A DNA stretch of 64,000 nucleotides, from IMG/VR virus record IMGVR_UViG_3300027891_000005, positions 10,400 through 74,399 of that record. One strand, 5' to 3'. The DNA comes from a virus. Below, piece after piece: positions 19,145 through 28,448 of this stretch. Made by a program: the position numbers and the translations under genes. The notes beneath the pieces were generated by a model, which was not told where the DNA came from, did no database searches, and saw nothing but the letters and a program-made list of their open reading frames with translations. Every line of letters starts with the position of its first letter. The stretch's first letter is position 1.

Positions 19145-20149
19145 TTATACGTTCTGCGTATCCGTGGTGTCAATCATGCGGTTGGCCTTGGACAAAAGCT
19201 TGCCCAGCGAACTCATGGACGTATCGAGAAGCTCTTCGTACACGAGCATTTCCTCTTTGTAGAATTTGAATCGCTCCTTATACGTATTAATTGTTTTCGC
19301 GTGGAATTTAACGTCGTTCGCAATGCCTTCCTGCAAGTCCTTCATGATCGCGTTTATTTCTTTCGATGCATTATTGTTTACAGCTTTTAAAAGCATCTCG
19401 TTTATGTCCTCGGTATTCACGAGCGGGAACACTTCAAGCCGCTGGCCGGGCGCCAGCTCGGACAGGTCGTCCATTAGGCTGCGCATATTAAAAAGGGTCT
19501 CTTTATATTTTTTCGGGATAAATTTAAAATACCCATTCTCCATAATCGAAACCGGGTGCATGTTATTAAACATCTTCATAAAAATATTGCGCAGCGTCTT
19601 CTCATTATGGTACTCGGTATTGTTTTCATACACGGACTTGATCCCCCGGAGGATATCCTCATATGGGTATTCGGGCAACACATTTTTATTTCTGTTTATT
19701 TTTAAAGTGCCGTCATGGCGGTTAAAAATAATCTTTGCGATTTTCGTATAATTTAATTCCTCATTAGGTTTATTGATAATCTTGCGGCCAAGGAACCGGA
19801 TTATTTTGTCGTCGTCGCAAGTAGTCTCGTCAATTTCAAGCTTGGCGCCGACAAGCGCGTTGTTATACATTACCTCTATGCGCTTGTTCTGAACGCTTGC
19901 CGTTGCGCGCCGGAAGGCGTCATGGTTCTTAATGCTGCTGACAAAATCAGTGGGCAGGTTATTGTTCTTAAAAAGCTCCGAAAGCTTTTCTGGCGTTACC
20001 TCTATTTGGGACAGCGAGTTCCCGAATATATAGCCCAATAAGATATCGTCGCTGACCTCCTGGATAGTAGGGGCGATGGCCTTATTAACCTGCAAAGGCT
20101 TTTTTTGCGTCTTCCCGGGGTGCTGTATTATCTGGGCGCTCTGTGACAT
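19145..20149 (-). CDS. DUF6744-like protein linked to MoxR/VWA
   Basis: LPTDFVSSIKNHDAFRRATAS motif; lies downstream of VWA and AAA genes. Confidence 0.6.
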   Translation of the reverse strand: MSQSAQIIQHPGKTQKKPLQVNKAIAPTIQEVSDDILLGYIFGNSLSQIEVTPEKLSELFKNNNLPTDFVSSIKNHDAFRRATASVQNKRIEVMYNNALVGAKLEIDETTCDDDKIIRFLGRKIINKPNEELNYTKIAKIIFNRHDGTLKINRNKNVLPEYPYEDILRGIKSVYENNTEYHNEKTLRNIFMKMFNNMHPVSIMENGYFKFIPKKYKETLFNMRSLMDDLSELAPGQRLEVFPLVNTEDINEMLLKAVNNNASKEINAIMKDLQEGIANDVKFHAKTINTYKERFKFYKEEMLVYEELLDTSMSSLGKLLSKANRMIDTTDTQNV

Positions 20150-20150
20150 T

Positions 20151-20327
20151 CTAACTCTCCTTCAATTTTGTTATTTGCTTATTCTTTGCGACCGTAAGGC
20201 TAAGCGGCGCCAGCCATTCTTTAAGCTCCTTTATCGTTTGAAAAAACCGTTTCCCATTGATGGGGAGTATTTCTTCCCCATCAATGACGGCATAGCAGTT
20301 ATTCGCGATAAGCCATCCGGCATACAT
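20151..20327 (-). CDS. Small hypothetical protein (58 aa)
   Basis: GGAGGG SD, ATG at 20327, TAG at 20151 (MYAGWLIANNCYAVIDG...); not in track. Confidence 0.55.
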   Translation of the reverse strand: MYAGWLIANNCYAVIDGEEILPINGKRFFQTIKELKEWLAPLSLTVAKNKQITKLKES

Positions 20328-20681
20328 TTATATACCCTCCTCCAAATTCAATTCATTTTTAATATATTGGTTAAAATACCCGTCGAATTCGTTAAAACTG
20401 AATTCAAGGTCGTCTACGTCCATAAGGTATGCTTCAAGCGCCACATAAATATTGTCTTCTTCCATTAGCTTTCTAACTGCTTCTGCCGTATACCCGCTGC
20501 ATGTTTCGAAAAAATTGCTATTAAATAAAACATCAAAATATGTGTTCCATTGAAACGATATGGCATTATAATAGCTGTCCTTAAATAATTCCTCCGGGGT
20601 TTTTTTAAGCTCCTTAGCCTCAAATTCTTCCCAGTCAAGTTCTAATTTGCCTTTAAAATCTCTAATCAATAAATAATCCAA
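20328..20681 (-). CDS. Hypothetical acidic protein
   Basis: TTG after AGGGGTG SD. Confidence 0.6.
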   Translation of the reverse strand: MDYLLIRDFKGKLELDWEEFEAKELKKTPEELFKDSYYNAISFQWNTYFDVLFNSNFFETCSGYTAEAVRKLMEEDNIYVALEAYLMDVDDLEFSFNEFDGYFNQYIKNELNLEEGI

Positions 20682-20710
20682 TACAACACCCCTATATAGG
20701 GCCGCAATTT

Positions 20711-22294
20711 TTACTTTGCGGCCGACGGTCGGCTCCCAGCCGTTATTTGATCGAATATGCCGGATACGTCCTTATTTCCTTGGACAAAATCATTTACATT
20801 TACAATTTTGTCCGAGAAGCCTTTTAAGCCGTAATCGCTATATTTTCCGATCATAATCGAAAAACAAGAAACTTCGTTTCTTTCTTTGAATTTTTTGAAT
20901 AGGTCGATGAACATCGAACTGACATTGCATTCGCCGTCCGTAATGAAAACAATGTCGGCTTTTTTGAAGATTTTATTTTTCTGTATCTTATCCATACTCC
21001 ACCTGAGGGGAGGTTCGAACTGGGTGCCGCCACCATAGGCGAATGTCTCCACTATATCAAACAATTCCTTTACGCTGACTTTGCCTTTAGGGAATTCGTA
21101 TTCCCTTACAACGTCGGTCCCGAACGAGCATATGCAAAAATCCCGTTTTTGTAACTGGGCAAGTTCCAACAGCCCCACGACGACAGCTTTGGACCAGATT
21201 TCCTTTTCCCCAAGCATACTGCCGGATTCATCGAGGCTGCATACGATGGGGCCGCGCCCAGATTCCTCGGCGTATGATTTTTCATATTCAAGCAAGTTGT
21301 TTTCAAGGAAGTCCTTAAAGAAAAGGGTTTTTAAAATTGGGTTGCCAAGCTTCATAAGTTCCTGGGGCAGGATATTCGATAAGTTGCTGCCGATTTGAAT
21401 CCCTTCAATCTCAATCTTTACATGCGGCTGCTTGCGTTTGAAGGCCGCCTTGGCAAGCACCCTCATCTTGCCAACAGAATCGGTAAACGACTTTATTTTG
21501 TCCGACTGCCGGATGCGCTCGATGGCGGCGCGCTTCTCTTCCAGCGGGACGCGTTCGGGGTTTATCGTGTCCTCCAGCCCCCATGCGGAAAGCGAATCTT
21601 TATTCTTTTGGGTTTCCTGGTTCGCCTGCTCGATGGCGCCGCTCATGGCGTCGCCCATATCCAGTGACATCTTTTTTACGGCGTTGGGATTAATCTGCCC
21701 CGCCGCCTGCTGGATCTGCTGCTGCAACTGATCCTGAAGCTGCTTGGCCTTGTCTTTTTTTCCCTGGGTTTTGGCCCTGTCCGCAAGGTCTTGGAGCATC
21801 TTCATCTGCTGCTCCATATCGTTTATGTTATTGAACTGATCCATCAGTTCTTTATGTTCCTCTTCCATACGTTTAATGGCGGCTACAAGCTCCGGCATGG
21901 CGTTCCCAAGCGCTATGCCGGAATGCAGGAGGCTCCCGTTGCAGGCCTCCCTAAGATCCGCCAGATGGTTGTCGTTGAACGCCTGGCTCATAATCTTGGA
22001 ATTTATTTTGCCGGTTTCGGAAAGCTCGTCCTGATCATACGCTTCTGGCTCTTTTTTATATATAGAGGCGAACAGGTCCCTTGCCAGATATTCAAACGAG
22101 TTAAGGGTCTCTTCCCCTTCATTCAAGGCATTAGTTAATTTTGAAGACATGTCGGTAAGCAGGCCGAATATTTCCCCGTCCATTTCCGTCTGCTTTATAA
22201 AGTTATCGGAAAGCCTAATGCGCTCTTCGCCAGAATGGCCGTACGGGTTGTCGCTGAGGTTGAGGATGCCTTGGATATCGCTTTGGTCCACCAT
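20711..22294 (-). CDS. VWA-domain protein (ViaA/CoxE-like)
   Basis: MIDAS motif DESGSM, GGGTQF, DIVFITDGE; long helical N-terminus. Confidence 0.88.
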   Translation of the reverse strand: MVDQSDIQGILNLSDNPYGHSGEERIRLSDNFIKQTEMDGEIFGLLTDMSSKLTNALNEGEETLNSFEYLARDLFASIYKKEPEAYDQDELSETGKINSKIMSQAFNDNHLADLREACNGSLLHSGIALGNAMPELVAAIKRMEEEHKELMDQFNNINDMEQQMKMLQDLADRAKTQGKKDKAKQLQDQLQQQIQQAAGQINPNAVKKMSLDMGDAMSGAIEQANQETQKNKDSLSAWGLEDTINPERVPLEEKRAAIERIRQSDKIKSFTDSVGKMRVLAKAAFKRKQPHVKIEIEGIQIGSNLSNILPQELMKLGNPILKTLFFKDFLENNLLEYEKSYAEESGRGPIVCSLDESGSMLGEKEIWSKAVVVGLLELAQLQKRDFCICSFGTDVVREYEFPKGKVSVKELFDIVETFAYGGGTQFEPPLRWSMDKIQKNKIFKKADIVFITDGECNVSSMFIDLFKKFKERNEVSCFSIMIGKYSDYGLKGFSDKIVNVNDFVQGNKDVSGIFDQITAGSRPSAAK

Positions 22295-22295
22295 A

Positions 22296-23681
22296 TCAAA
22301 CCATCCAGTCCGGATCGTTGTCGTCGTTGTCAAAACTTTCTTCGATATCATCAATGGCGCCTGTCTTGTTTATATGCGCTGCCGAGGACGACCGGACAAT
22401 GTCCGAGCCTGACGATTGCCCTGACCTGCGCCCGGATTTGTTTGACCTTGGGGACAGGTCGAGGAGGTCTTTGTCCTGCGCTTCGTAATATTTCTCCGTG
22501 TAATACGTGATCTCTTTATATAGCTTGGAGAAGCTCTGCGCCATGGCTTTAGGCATGGCCTTGTTAATAGAGCCATAGTCGCGCACCTGGTTGCCAAGGT
22601 CGGACATCTTGTTGATAAGCTTTGTCATTTTTATATTGCTTTCCGCGTCAGCCCCAGTGATTTGCTCATAGTCCCTTTTGAGTTCCTTAAATTTATTTAT
22701 GATTTCGTTATACTGCGTCTCATAAGGCGATATAAATTTAGTCAGGGCCTCGTCAATTGCCGGCAGCTCCTCAAGCTTGCGCCATAGGCCGTTGCGGATG
22801 ACCCCAAAATCGTCAAGCTGCGCCTCGTTGCGCTTCTTTAGCAGCGCTTCCCCCTGTACGGCGTGCAGCAGCATAATCTGGCGCCTAGTGGATATGCGTA
22901 TGCCCTGGTTGCGCAGGCTGATGATAAGCTTCGAATATTCTTGCAGCAGGTAATCGGATATCCGTACCTTTTTGGAATATTCATTAAGCAGGAATATATC
23001 CTCCACATCCACCGCCGGGAGGTCCATGCCTTCGAAGTCATTATTGAGGTTGCTGCGGTAGACGGCGATCATGTTGGCGGGGTCCTTTATGTCGTCAACA
23101 TATATCCGCATAAGGAACCTGTCATGCAGCGCTTCGAGGCTGCTGTCCTCTTCCGGTATCTCGTTGGAAGCGCCAAACATCGTTATGAGTGGCAGGTTCA
23201 TAATATCAGGGCCGTTATGGTAGATCTTTTCGTTCATAACGGACAAAAGCGCGTTTAACACGGCGCTATTGCTCTTATAGACCTCGTCCACAAAAATCAA
23301 GTTCGCCTCTGGTACCTTGCCGTCTGTATTGCGCCGGTATTCGTCGTTCTCAAGCCCCTTTAATGAATATGGGCCAAAAAGCTGCGCCTCGTCCGAAGAT
23401 TTTGTAAGCAACGTCTCAAAGTATGTAGAGTTCTCTATCGTCTTGTTAAGGAAACGCGTAAGCATGGATTTTGCGGTCCCAGGGGGGCCGTACTGCAAAT
23501 GGTGCGTGCCGGTAATAATGCACACGATAGCCGTATGGATGGCGTCTCCCCTTTCGCAAAACAGCGACGCGGACGCCTCTTCTATCTTCCTTAGGCCATT
23601 GACGGCCCTGCGCAGCCTTACTTTACGCGTCTCTTTGTCAAGGCTATTAATCTCGTCTTTTATTTCCAATATGTCCCGCAT
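22296..23681 (-). CDS. MoxR/RavA-like AAA+ ATPase
   Basis: GPPGTAKS, LIFVDEVYK, FGASNEIP, LHDRFLMR. Confidence 0.9.
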   Translation of the reverse strand: MRDILEIKDEINSLDKETRKVRLRRAVNGLRKIEEASASLFCERGDAIHTAIVCIITGTHHLQYGPPGTAKSMLTRFLNKTIENSTYFETLLTKSSDEAQLFGPYSLKGLENDEYRRNTDGKVPEANLIFVDEVYKSNSAVLNALLSVMNEKIYHNGPDIMNLPLITMFGASNEIPEEDSSLEALHDRFLMRIYVDDIKDPANMIAVYRSNLNNDFEGMDLPAVDVEDIFLLNEYSKKVRISDYLLQEYSKLIISLRNQGIRISTRRQIMLLHAVQGEALLKKRNEAQLDDFGVIRNGLWRKLEELPAIDEALTKFISPYETQYNEIINKFKELKRDYEQITGADAESNIKMTKLINKMSDLGNQVRDYGSINKAMPKAMAQSFSKLYKEITYYTEKYYEAQDKDLLDLSPRSNKSGRRSGQSSGSDIVRSSSAAHINKTGAIDDIEESFDNDDNDPDWMV

Positions 23682-23746
23682 AATAAACACCCCACATTTC
23701 AGAAATTATAAAATCAAGGCCGGGCGGGTATTACCCGCCCGTCTGT

Positions 23747-24586
23747 TTAAGAAGCTTCCTTCAAGATTTCGGGGATTGCATTTTGATATTCTTTTGGCAC
23801 AAGGTCTTTTAAGACATCCTCAAAATCCTCTTGAAACACAAAGCCGCATGTTTCTCTATTGGCGGAGCCAAGATCCGTGCATTCGATATAAAATAGCGGT
23901 TCGGTTAGGTACCTGTCATAGATCCTTATCTCTTTTTCCAATAAATCACGGGCTTTTTCCGCGTTCGCCTTTGAATACGATCCATAGTTATCAATAATGG
24001 CTTTTTTTGTGACGACCACCCAACCTAGCTGCCCGGAGTCCCAACGGCAGCCAAACGGCGACGTGCTGATTGTAATGCCGGAATGGTCGTAAAGGTAAAC
24101 CGGCACGACGATATTCTCTTTTTCAGCCAGCCCGATTAGTTCCGGCATCTTTAAATTTTCCAATATGGATTCGGCAAGCGATGTCAAATAACCGCTGTCG
24201 GCAATCGAATACGTATACTCGGTATACCATCTGTCCGAATATTCGCCGTAGGCTTCAAGCTGGTATAACTTTTCGCCGCGGTTGTAAATGATCTGGAGGT
24301 AGTTGCATCCTTTCCGGTTTTTAATAAATTTCACGATGTCTTCTTCCGGGACGGTTTTTAGGATTAAGCTGACAAGGTAGCTTTCCGGGCCGTCTCTCTG
24401 TGTATCCCGGTCCAATGTGCCCAATGAATAGCGTTTATGGAAGAAAGCCATTTCGCAAAACGGGTCGCCTATTAATTCAAGCGGGTCAATTGATTCGGTT
24501 TCATAATCTATCTTAACTGAAATGTTATCGTCTTCGTAAAAGGCAAATAGATTTTTGTTATAGCTGCATTCCGCGCATTTGCCCAT
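23747..24586 (-). CDS. Conserved mobile-element hypothetical protein
   Basis: PVYLYDHSGITIST.PFGCRWDSGQLGW motif. Confidence 0.7.
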   Translation of the reverse strand: MGKCAECSYNKNLFAFYEDDNISVKIDYETESIDPLELIGDPFCEMAFFHKRYSLGTLDRDTQRDGPESYLVSLILKTVPEEDIVKFIKNRKGCNYLQIIYNRGEKLYQLEAYGEYSDRWYTEYTYSIADSGYLTSLAESILENLKMPELIGLAEKENIVVPVYLYDHSGITISTSPFGCRWDSGQLGWVVVTKKAIIDNYGSYSKANAEKARDLLEKEIRIYDRYLTEPLFYIECTDLGSANRETCGFVFQEDFEDVLKDLVPKEYQNAIPEILKEAS

Positions 24587-24812
24587 TTTAATTGCCTCCT
24601 ATTTAAAATAAAATGATTTTAAAATAAAATAAAAATTACCCGCTGTTATATATACAGGGGTAATTATTTTAAATAAAATATTTTCAATATTTACCATAAA
24701 AAAAAGGGCTGTACGGAGGCCCTTGTGTATTCTGGCAAATCGGCGTTTATTATATTTTTCATTTCTTCCTTAGTGACTAGGATCCATTTTTGCGTATCAA
24801 TCAAAAATATCT

Positions 24813-25037
24813 TCATGCCCGGAGCGCCTCCTCTATGTTATAAAATGTCTCGCCAAAATCAATCCATACCCCATTTTCTTCCTGGCTTTCATCAAATGGG
24901 TTTTGATTTATGATATTGCGCCATTCAGGTTCTTCGTCATTAAAGCCGCATAGTGCTAAGTCATTTATTCCATGTGCTATGTCATAAATATTAAGCGAAG
25001 CCGTGTTGCATATACTAATTGAAGCTATTGGATTCAT
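24813..25037 (-). CDS. Hypothetical phage protein
   Basis: 74-aa ORF with GGGGG SD. Confidence 0.55.
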   Translation of the reverse strand: MNPIASISICNTASLNIYDIAHGINDLALCGFNDEEPEWRNIINQNPFDESQEENGVWIDFGETFYNIEEALRA

Positions 25038-25077
25038 AAATACCCCCCGACTTTTCCCGGTCTAGGAAAAAGTAAAA

Positions 25078-25635
25078 TTATGCCGGATAACCAATGGTTC
25101 CGGGCACAAAACTAATATCGTTGTCCCCGTCTAATATTGGCTGTACCGGGGGCTGCGGGTCTAAAGTAAATAAGCTTGTTATAAACGGCTTGATTATGTT
25201 ATGGACGCGCTTTAAGGCATATTTATTACCGCCCGCGGCGGTCGCGCCGCGCCGGAGGCCGTTTGCAAAATACCTAAGGGTTTTGCCGGGTTTATTTACC
25301 GTGCCGTCCCCTTGCTTGCCGACAAACTTTGAATATTTTTTTAATCTGGCAAGCTTATTGGGGTTCTGTAAAAAATGCATGTAATATAAAAACAAATAAT
25401 ACTTAGACAAATCCTTATTCTCAAACCGGATATTATTAATTTCAAAATAATCCGGCTTAAGGCCATAGCCGTCGGTTAATTCAAATGGGACTGCATATAC
25501 GCCTGGCGCGCAGCCCTTTGTAACCCGCTTTGACAACAGGTACCATTCGTCTATGGATTTGGTCTCGCCAAACATGGATACCATTGCGTTTTCCGGAGAA
25601 TAGCTGTTTTTGCCGGAGCAGTATAATGTCGCCAT
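25078..25635 (-). CDS. Divergent paralog of the NADAR-like protein at 36735
   Basis: SIDEWYLLSKR, LSKYYLFLYYMHFLQNP and TVNK align by eye with TIEGHYQGCKR, LTAYYKLLWYKYLCQH and TVNC. Confidence 0.55.
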   Translation of the reverse strand: MATLYCSGKNSYSPENAMVSMFGETKSIDEWYLLSKRVTKGCAPGVYAVPFELTDGYGLKPDYFEINNIRFENKDLSKYYLFLYYMHFLQNPNKLARLKKYSKFVGKQGDGTVNKPGKTLRYFANGLRRGATAAGGNKYALKRVHNIIKPFITSLFTLDPQPPVQPILDGDNDISFVPGTIGYPA

Positions 25636-25680
25636 CAGGAACACCCCCTAATTAATATATTGACAACAAAAAAGGCCCCG

Positions 25681-26205
25681 TTAAGGGGCCGGTTTACATT
25701 TTTGTTTAATCACTGCGTATTTTAATAAATCATTGGTGGAATACGATTCATATATAGCCGCCAAGTCACGGTCATACTGCTGTATAATATAAGGCGATTC
25801 TTTTTGGCGCTGTACGGCATTATACAATTCTTTGCTGAACCTATTCGGGAGTCCCAGAAGCTTTATGCTTTTTACTATACTGTTTGAAATATCTATCAGA
25901 CATATGGTAGCCGCATAACCCGATGTTGGATCTTCTATCTTTTCTAAATCGAATCCTGGCGAAAGCAAATAACTAAACGGCATATCGTTCCATGGCTGCG
26001 GGCCGAATTTAATTAAGAAAAATATGACCGATTTAAGTACAGTAAGCGCAACGGTAATTTCGCCGTTTTTAATATCGCTTATTTCTTCGGATGACGGATT
26101 GTTATAACACAGCAGTATCATAAGCCCGCTTTCGTCTATAGTAATGTAGTTGCCCTCTGTTTTTGGAATGCTGCCGGGAAAAGGCTTTCCGACTTCTAAT
26201 ACCAT
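25681..26205 (-). CDS. Conserved hypothetical protein
   Basis: ATG at 26205 after GAGGAG; LEVGKPFP...NPSSEEI. Confidence 0.65.
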   Translation of the reverse strand: MVLEVGKPFPGSIPKTEGNYITIDESGLMILLCYNNPSSEEISDIKNGEITVALTVLKSVIFFLIKFGPQPWNDMPFSYLLSPGFDLEKIEDPTSGYAATICLIDISNSIVKSIKLLGLPNRFSKELYNAVQRQKESPYIIQQYDRDLAAIYESYSTNDLLKYAVIKQKCKPAP

Positions 26206-26209
26206 AAGA

Positions 26210-26617
26210 TTACTCCTCGTCTTCGTCCCATAAATATTCGCCGAAAACTTTATCGGCTTTAATTTCCGCCTGCCATTCCGCATCCGTCCTATATCCGGAA
26301 TCATGATCCGGGATTTCAATAAACTCGGATACTATTAACCCCTGGTCTATAAGCCTGTACCACTTCCCCAATGTTGTCCCATGATCCCTGTCAAGCATGT
26401 CGTCCGCCGCCAGGCAATAGCCTTTTACGGTACCTAAAAGATCTTGTAGACTTTTACGCGATTCCGCCCTGCTTGGCGTATATCTGCTTGGCGAAAAATC
26501 GTCGTCGTCGTATTGGCTGACACGCTCAATGGCTTGGCTAATCCGATGTTCTTCTACGGCAAATTGCCTAAGGCGCAGCGCAAAAATATCTTTTATTTCA
26601 TTTATATCTTTGCACAT
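26210..26617 (-). CDS. Hypothetical protein
   Basis: 135-aa ORF. Confidence 0.55.
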   Translation of the reverse strand: MCKDINEIKDIFALRLRQFAVEEHRISQAIERVSQYDDDDFSPSRYTPSRAESRKSLQDLLGTVKGYCLAADDMLDRDHGTTLGKWYRLIDQGLIVSEFIEIPDHDSGYRTDAEWQAEIKADKVFGEYLWDEDEE

Positions 26618-26624
26618 TATTATG

Positions 26625-26954
26625 CTAACACCACTCTTCCGGAGCTATAACGATTATGTCGTCTTGTATTTCATACAGCTTGCCTATTGTTTCGTATAAA
26701 TCCTCAATATTATTATTCACGTCCCAAAGTAAGCGTAGCTGGCCACCATACCTGTTTTCGAGATACGCGCCGATATCATCTATTTCTTCTGTACCGGTTA
26801 TCTCTATTTCCTCGTTTAGCCCCAGAATCCCTAACCCAGCGGGCGCTAGACGCGGGATGCCGTCAACAGACGACCAATTGCAGATGATCATTTCTTTTGA
26901 CTCGTTAAATATGACGATCCCTGACTCTTGACCAGTCACTTCTTGTAAATTCAT
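26625..26954 (-). CDS. Hypothetical acidic protein
   Basis: 109-aa ORF with GAGG SD. Confidence 0.6.
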   Translation of the reverse strand: MNLQEVTGQESGIVIFNESKEMIICNWSSVDGIPRLAPAGLGILGLNEEIEITGTEEIDDIGAYLENRYGGQLRLLWDVNNNIEDLYETIGKLYEIQDDIIVIAPEEWC

Positions 26955-27104
26955 ATAACCTCATTCTTCCTGGTTTAGTAAGCTGGCTCAAATTACTAAA
27001 ATCCTAGCTATTATTTTAATGTAATTTAAAAGAAAATGCAAACAAAGCATATAAAATAGAGCCCTTTCGGGCCTTAATCCGTCTTCGAATAATATTAAGA
27101 AAAT

Positions 27105-27296
27105 CTAGTCGATTATTTCCAGGTGATCCGGGCCCGTGTAAGTATTGTTGGGGCTCCCGTTGTCCCATTTCACCACGACCTGCCCGTCAAACGTCAGCCA
27201 TTCGACTGTGCCGGTCTGGTTTTCCTCTTTATCGCCCGCTGTGAACATAAGGCTCATTACCCTGTCCCCGGGCTTGAATTTATTGGTTTTTGGCAT
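27105..27296 (-). CDS. Small SH3-like (DUF4314-like) protein
   Basis: FKPGDRV...TGTVEWL..GQVVVKWDNG. Confidence 0.55.
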   Translation of the reverse strand: MPKTNKFKPGDRVMSLMFTAGDKEENQTGTVEWLTFDGQVVVKWDNGSPNNTYTGPDHLEIID

Positions 27297-27320
27297 ATGT
27301 ATCCCCGCTATCTGATTTTA

Positions 27321-27620
27321 TCAAAATGACCTTTGCGAAAACATTTGCGTGTACTTACAAATATCCGACTCGGAAATCGAACAGAACTCAGGGTTATCGT
27401 CGCCTACTATAAAAAATGTCCCTACAATTATGTCGTTACCGAACCAGCAGTTCGGCGGGAGGTTATTAAGCTTCCCTTCTTCGTTGCAAACTAAAACGGC
27501 TGTATCGGAAACACTAAGGGTTTCGATATAGCCGCCATCAATATTTTGCATAGATATTAAGTCCCCGGATATTTCGGACACATAAGGCTTGTTCCCCGGC
27601 TCGATGATCAATATTTTAAT
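27321..27620 (-). CDS. DUF3846-like protein
   Basis: KILIIEPG.KPY, GGYIE, LVCNEEGKL..LPPN, IVGTFFIVG. Confidence 0.8.
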   Translation of the reverse strand: MKILIIEPGNKPYVSEISGDLISMQNIDGGYIETLSVSDTAVLVCNEEGKLNNLPPNCWFGNDIIVGTFFIVGDDNPEFCSISESDICKYTQMFSQRSF

Positions 27621-27972
27621 GCCCCTCACCAAACCTTTCTATAATGCCCTCTAATACAGCTAAATCGCTGTCGGAAAGCTTTTGTAAATCAAATTTCCAA
27701 CTAAAGGCCCATTCGATCTTCTTAATCCGGCTGCGCCGGGCAATATCGGCTTCATAAAGCCCTTTGTCAAGCCATAGGGTATACCCGTCCCTGTCATTAT
27801 AACCCTTTTCCTGCAATGTTTCTTTGTCAAACGCTATCCCTTCGGAATTCCATATAGAAACAGGATCTTTCGCGTAAAAATACTTCCGGCCTATTTTAAT
27901 TATTTCGCTTTCGTATAAATTATCCTTGCCCCCTTTTATTAAATAAACTGTTTGATTAAGCTTGACCCCTAT
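27616..27972 (-). CDS. Hypothetical phage protein, longer than the track ORF
   Basis: Frame is open from ATA at 27972 (ATAG overlap with upstream stop; AAGGGGG SD). Confidence 0.55.
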   Translation of the reverse strand: MGVKLNQTVYLIKGGKDNLYESEIIKIGRKYFYAKDPVSIWNSEGIAFDKETLQEKGYNDRDGYTLWLDKGLYEADIARRSRIKKIEWAFSWKFDLQKLSDSDLAVLEGIIERFGEGH

Positions 27973-28445
27973 AGTTCGGCGCCCCCTTTATATTTATTAA
28001 TTTCAAATAAAAATTCATTGTCAAATAATATTTTGTCTTCCGCATATTCTAAGAGCCATTTATAAACCGGGTATTCATCCCATACGTTAACCTTGTCAGA
28101 CAACGCGCTTATGCCGAGCCCCCATGTAACGTAATGCCCGTGGATGACGGTTTTACCGTCAGCGTTAAACGCAGACAGTGCGCCATCGGCTTCGTCAAGC
28201 ATATTTACGATATCCGCTTTTGTGATTCTATCCGTGACGAGGACCTTATATAAATAGTGTTCAGGGGCCTCATAAACCCCTTTTTTATATGCCTGTATGG
28301 CGTGCCGCCAATTTAACAGTTCCTCATCGGTATTGCAATCTATGTCTGGGATGAACCGGTACGGGTTTTTAGTAGCGCAACGGCCGTATGTCGATAGTTC
28401 CTCTATATAATTTATATCATCTTCGTCTATAATGTTTTTTGCCAC
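27969..28445 (-). CDS. Hypothetical protein
   Basis: 158-aa ORF; start GTG 28445 or ATT 28433. Confidence 0.6.
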   Translation of the reverse strand: MAKNIIDEDDINYIEELSTYGRCATKNPYRFIPDIDCNTDEELLNWRHAIQAYKKGVYEAPEHYLYKVLVTDRITKADIVNMLDEADGALSAFNADGKTVIHGHYVTWGLGISALSDKVNVWDEYPVYKWLLEYAEDKILFDNEFLFEINKYKGGAEL

Positions 28446-28448
28446 CCC

